A DNA stretch of 64,000 nucleotides from Azolla caroliniana (Eukaryota; Plantae; Polypodiophyta). Both the position numbers and the translations under genes were made by a program. The stretch is from contig JBHGNT010000003.1 in NCBI GenBank assembly GCA_043228905.1, forward strand, positions 15,562,001 to 15,626,000, written 5' to 3'. The notes under the pieces are model-generated. The model saw nothing but the letters and a program-made list of their open reading frames with translations. It was not told where the DNA came from and searched no databases. This document shows positions 58,935 through 64,000 of this stretch, in pieces. Position 1 is the stretch's first letter. Every line of letters begins with the position of its first letter.

Positions 58935-61900
58935 CCCCTGTATTCTGCCTCCATACTCGAAAACCGCAGTTACGGCTGCTTCTTGCTACTCTAGGATATT
59001 GCTCCGCTGCCGAGGGAGAAAACAAATCCGGAGGTTGATCTTCTATCGGCTTTGTAGCCGGCCCAATCGGCGTCTGTGTACCCCTCGAGTCGTATTGGCA
59101 TCGCGGTCTTGTAGAGGACGTCGCAATCCATTGTGCCACTCACGTATCGTACAACTCGCTTAGCGCAATCCAAGTGAGTATCACGCGGTGTTTGCATGAA
59201 TTGGCTAAGGAGACCGACCGGATAACTGAGATCGAGTCGTGTGATCGTGAGGTAGATGAGATTCCCGATGAGTTGCCGATACTGAGTCGGCTCACACGCT
59301 TTGGTGTCGGAGTTCGCATCTAGTTTGAGATTGCGATTGAGCGGGGTTGCCACGGTTTTGCACTCAGCCATCCCGAACTTGTATAGCAAGTTAAGGATGT
59401 AGTGCCGTTGAGAGATCATGATTCCGGCCGAAGTCCGAATTACCTCGATGCCGAGGAAGTAGTGGAGCTCCTTCATGTTCGTCATCTCGAACTTATCGGA
59501 AATGAGTGATTTGACCTTATTGATTTCGACGAGATGCTCACCTCCAATGACTAGGTCATCCACATATAAGATGATGACGATCGGACTTGCGGAATCACTT
59601 CGTATGTAGAGGGAGTTGTCCGATTTTGACATACGGAAGTCGATTTGATGAATATATTGTGTTTTCTTCGAATGCCAAGTACGCGGTGCTTGCTTGAGGC
59701 TGTAGAGAGGCTTCTTGAGTCGGCAAACAGCTTTCGGATGGGTGCTGTTGTATCATGTACACCTCCTCTTCTAATTCGCCTTGTAGAAAGGCGTTCTTGA
59801 CGTCCATTTGATAGAGGTGCCACCCTTTCGCCGCGGCAAGCGCAATTATGGTCCGCACCGTTGTCATCTTTGCCACCGGGGCAAAGGTCTCCTCGTAGTC
59901 AATTCCGCGTGTTTGGGCGTAGCCTTTTGCTACAAGTCGCGCTTTGTAGCGGTTGACGGAGCCGTCGACGTTGAACTTCACCTTGTAGATCCATCTGCAT
60001 ACGATCGCCTTTTTGTGTGGTGAGGTGGGAACGAGATCCCACGTCTCGTTCCTGCGTAGTGCCTGCATCTCCTCGTTCATTGCTTCGATCCATCGCGGGT
60101 CCTTCGCGGCTTCCGAAAAGGTTTCCGACTCCCGTATTGTCGCTACCTTCATCATAAAGGCGTAATGGTACGCCATATAATCGTTGTAGCCGAATTGTCT
60201 TACGGGGTTCTTTTCATGAGTGGATCGGCGAACCTTTTCATTTGCAGTCATTGTAGCCGAATCGGCTGATCGGATTCTTTTCACGGGTGGAGCGACGGAG
60301 CTTTTCATTTGCAGAGATGAGGGCTTTCTTGGCTCCGATTGGTACCTCGAAACCGCCGAACTCACTGTCGAATGAGTGAGTCGACTCATCGTCGTTGAAG
60401 CAATTGTCTTCGTATTCCGACATTTTGGCCTTGCCTTTGTCCATCTTCGGGCTAGGCCGTGATGTGCTTTGATCGCTCAAAGGCTCTTGTGGTCCGCTCA
60501 ATCAGGCCGTGGTCGGACTTTCTTCGAATATGCGCATAAGGCGATCTTCATCGTCGATCTCTTGTTCCGCAAATTCCGGGTTGAGCGGAGTCGGAGGCGA
60601 AGTTGTCTCTGGTGCGTACCAGGATGCGGGCTCGTCAAAAACGACGTCTCGACTTACTCGAGATTTTCGAGTTGAGGGGTTGTAGCACTTGTACCCCTTT
60701 TGTTTGAGTGAGTATCCTAGAGGATACATTTCTCCGACTTCGGGTCAAGCTTTTGACGCTTCTCGTCGGGGATGTGCACGTACGCTATCACGCCAAATAT
60801 CCGGATGTGCGATAAGTCCGGCGTCTTTCCGAAGTATTTTTCGTGCGGAGTGACCTCGTGCACGCCGGATGTTGTGCACCGGTTCATTAGGTAGACGGCC
60901 GTATTTGCAGCTTCGGCCCAATATGACTTGGGCATATGCTTCTCGTTCATCATGGCCCGTGCTACTTCGAGGATGTGCCGATTTTTGAGCTCGGCTACTC
61001 CATTTTGCTGCAGAGTGTTTCGGCAAGTGAATTCACGCCGAATTCCTTCCTTTCGGAGATAGGCTGTGAAATCGTCCGAGAAGTACTCCTTGCGGCCATT
61101 CGATCGAAGGCATCGTACATGTCAGCCCGTGGCTTTCTCGACTTCATTCTTGAAATTTTGGAAGTGTCCGAACACTTCGCTCTTTTGCCGCATCGGGTAG
61201 ATCCAAGTGTGCCTAGAGAAGTCGTCGATGAAGAGCACGTAATATCGGCATCCGCAGAATGTAGCCGTCTGCGCCGGTCCCCATACGTCGGAATGGACTA
61301 CATCAAGTAGACCTTTGCTCACGTTCCGCTCTTTCGGGAATGGGTGTCGGTGTTGCTTGCCGAATTGGCACGCTTCACATACACCTTCAATCCCCTTCTC
61401 TTTGAATGTCAGGAGTCCGATGACGACTCCTTTCTATTTCATTGCTTTGAGTTTGTTGAGATTGATGTGGCCGATTCGCTTGTGCCATAGCTCTATGTCG
61501 GAGTCGGCTTTCGTGTTTTTCGCGAACATGGCGGGTTTCATCTCGCGTGAATCGAGAATGAACATCTGGCCCTCTCTTCGTCCGCGTGCGATGAGTCGGC
61601 CCTCTTTTTCAATGAAACAACCGCCTTGATTAAATCGAACTTGCATCCCTTGCTCTATAATTTGGCCGACGGAGACCAAATTCTTCGTAATGGTCGGTAC
61701 ATGCAAGACATTTTTAATGTAATTTTGCTTACCTTCTTTTCCGAACGGAACATTGCCAATGTGCCGAATCGGGTGCGTAGTGTCATCTCCGGTTTCGACA
61801 TAGCCGGGTCGGTCCGGCTCTCGAAGTTCTTGGAACCATTCTTGATACAATGTCATATGGTTTGAGGCACCGGAATCGATGAACCATACGTCTTCCGGAC

Positions 61901-63493
61901 CGGAGGCACTAGTTGAGGTAGCGGCCGACATAGAGTTTGCTCTATGTTTCATCATGAACATTCCGCCATGGTCAGAGTTGTGCGCATACATTCCGCCACA
62001 ATCTTCGTAGTCGGAGTTGTGCCCGTACATTCCGCTATACTCTTCGTAGTCAGAATTGTGCGTGTAATTCGTGAGTTGTCGGCTTGTGGAAGCCGATTCA
62101 CGCATCTTCTTTCGGCACTCTTCTTCGTGGTGGCCGAGCTTTCCGCAATATCCGCATTCGGTTGCGTTTTGACGGCTCGGGCCGGAGTGGAAGCTCCCCC
62201 TTCTTGCGAAGGTTCCTCATTGGCCTCCGTTTTGCGACCGAACTTGGGAGTTGTTGTCGTAGGTCGGACCTCGTCCGCCGTGTCCTTGGTCGAATTGGCC
62301 TCTCGCTCGTCCGCGTCCTCTTCCTCCATTAGAGTGCATGTAGAGCATGTGGCCTTCCGACTCATTGCTCCTTGTACGCACGTGGTTTTCTTCGACCAAT
62401 AGCATCGATTGGAGCTCGAAGGAGGGAGATTTCTCCCATGCTAGAACGGCGGTTCGCATCGCGCCGAACCGTGGTGCGAGGCCGCCGAGGCATATTTGCA
62501 CCATCTCATCATCATCTATACTTATTCTTATTGAGCCGAGCGACTCGCAAAGCTCCTTGATCTTCAAGGTGTATGTCGTGATGGATATGTCCCTTTGTTG
62601 AATGTTTTTCAACTCTTGGCGGAGTTGAAGCTTCCTCGCGGTCGTGTTCGCGGCGAAAATCTTTCGTAGATTTTCCCATGCTTCCTTCGGCGTCTTGGCT
62701 TCTCGAATGTAACCGAGCATGTGGCCGTGAACACATGTCGCCAAACAATACATCACGCGGCTTGCGGCTTGCTCCCATGTCGCGTATTCGGGAGCCGCTT
62801 TGGTAGGTCGGTCTTCATGCGCTCCTTTGATGTAGCTCCAATAAATAGCCTTGTCCGACAAGGTATTGGTGCATCTTGTACTCCCAAGATGTGAAGTTGT
62901 TTCGATCCAACTTCTCGGTAGGGAGAGCGCTCCCCATTTGAGTATTCATTATGTCGATTCTTCTTCTTCTTCTTCTCTCTTCGAATGCGAGCTATGTAGC
63001 GAAGCTACGATAGCGATGAGCCGGTTCTTGGTCGTCGACGTGGAGCATGACACACGATCACGATGAGGCGAATGGGCTAGATCAAGCTACCAAATCGCTC
63101 TGATACCATGTAAAGAATCAAGAGATGGATTCTTATGAAGCGGAAGAGATGTGAGTTATGTGTGTGTGTAAGAGAGAGAGAGAGTGTGTGTGAGTGAAAC
63201 ACAGAGAATACGCAAGGTAAAAGTATATTGACAAAGGAGAAGGACTCAACATTATACAAGGTGAGAGGAGGGTGCTTTATGTAGTCACCCTCTCTCTTCA
63301 TTAACTATAAGACTCATGGAGCATGGGGAATGTGAAAGCTCATAAGTTATGTGTCATAGAATATGATTCTATGACTCATACTAAATGCTAAAATACAATG
63401 TGGTGACTTAATGGTGACTCTTGACCGTTGGAGTGTCTATTCACTCTCAAGGTGAGTTCACACACTAGACCAAGTTGAGCTTGATTCTCAACA
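58935..63493 (-). mobile_element. Degenerate Copia (family 2), 3'-truncated within RNase H
   Basis: 5' LTR 63109-63493 is similar to 18639-19062; PBS TGGTATCAGAGC at 63097-63108. Motifs [42 protein letters not shown]; no 3' LTR. Confidence 0.92.
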
Positions 63494-64000
63494 CATACAT
63501 ACCTACATACATAAACACACACACTCACATAACATATACAATCATACACACATGCCATACATGCAATATATACAATAAAAGAAATTAATACAATACAATA
63601 CAATATGTACATACATACACACATACCTATATACACATGTATACACTTACATACATACACATTTACACATATAACATATACATATAATACAATATGTACA
63701 CACACACATACAATGTCATACACATGGAATACAATAAACACACACACATGTGTAGAATATACATACACATATGGACACGTATATATGTTGTATGGAACAT
63801 ACATACAAACATAACACACATTGCACATGTTATACATACAATAAATGCAATTAAATAAAATAAAATACAATATGTAGATACATACACACATACCTATATA
63901 AACATGCAATACAATACATACAATACGTATATACATATACATACATACACATACACACACACACACATGCATACATACATTCAAACATAACAAACAACAC

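Overview
Eukaryotic, repeat-saturated plant DNA, most likely from a non-seed land plant such as a fern (inferred from the Tcn1-like chromoviruses and Sola-like DNA transposons). No host gene is recognisable. The window is a stack of nested transposable elements, most delimited by target-site duplications (TSDs). It holds three Tcn1-like Ty3/gypsy chromoviruses (one intact with apparently identical LTRs), six Ty1/copia copies or remnants (one intact), an unusual short-LTR gypsy element, a non-coding LTR element, three LINE copies or fragments, a hAT MITE, a Mutator MITE and two TIR elements with AACA...TGTT ends and 4-bp TSDs. The standout is the 7.6-kb Sola1-like transposon at 50990-58586. Besides its transposase it carries a divergently transcribed, four-intron gene encoding a ParB-like N-terminus fused to a bacterial-type beta-class N6-adenine/N4-cytosine DNA methyltransferase; this copy is pseudogenised. 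The chromovirus LTRs also contain an antisense tRNA-like Pol III A/B-box module. These elements show a co-varying self-priming site and a -1 frameshift signal (slippery heptamer plus pseudoknot). All calls come from reading the sequence by eye; no database searches were run.
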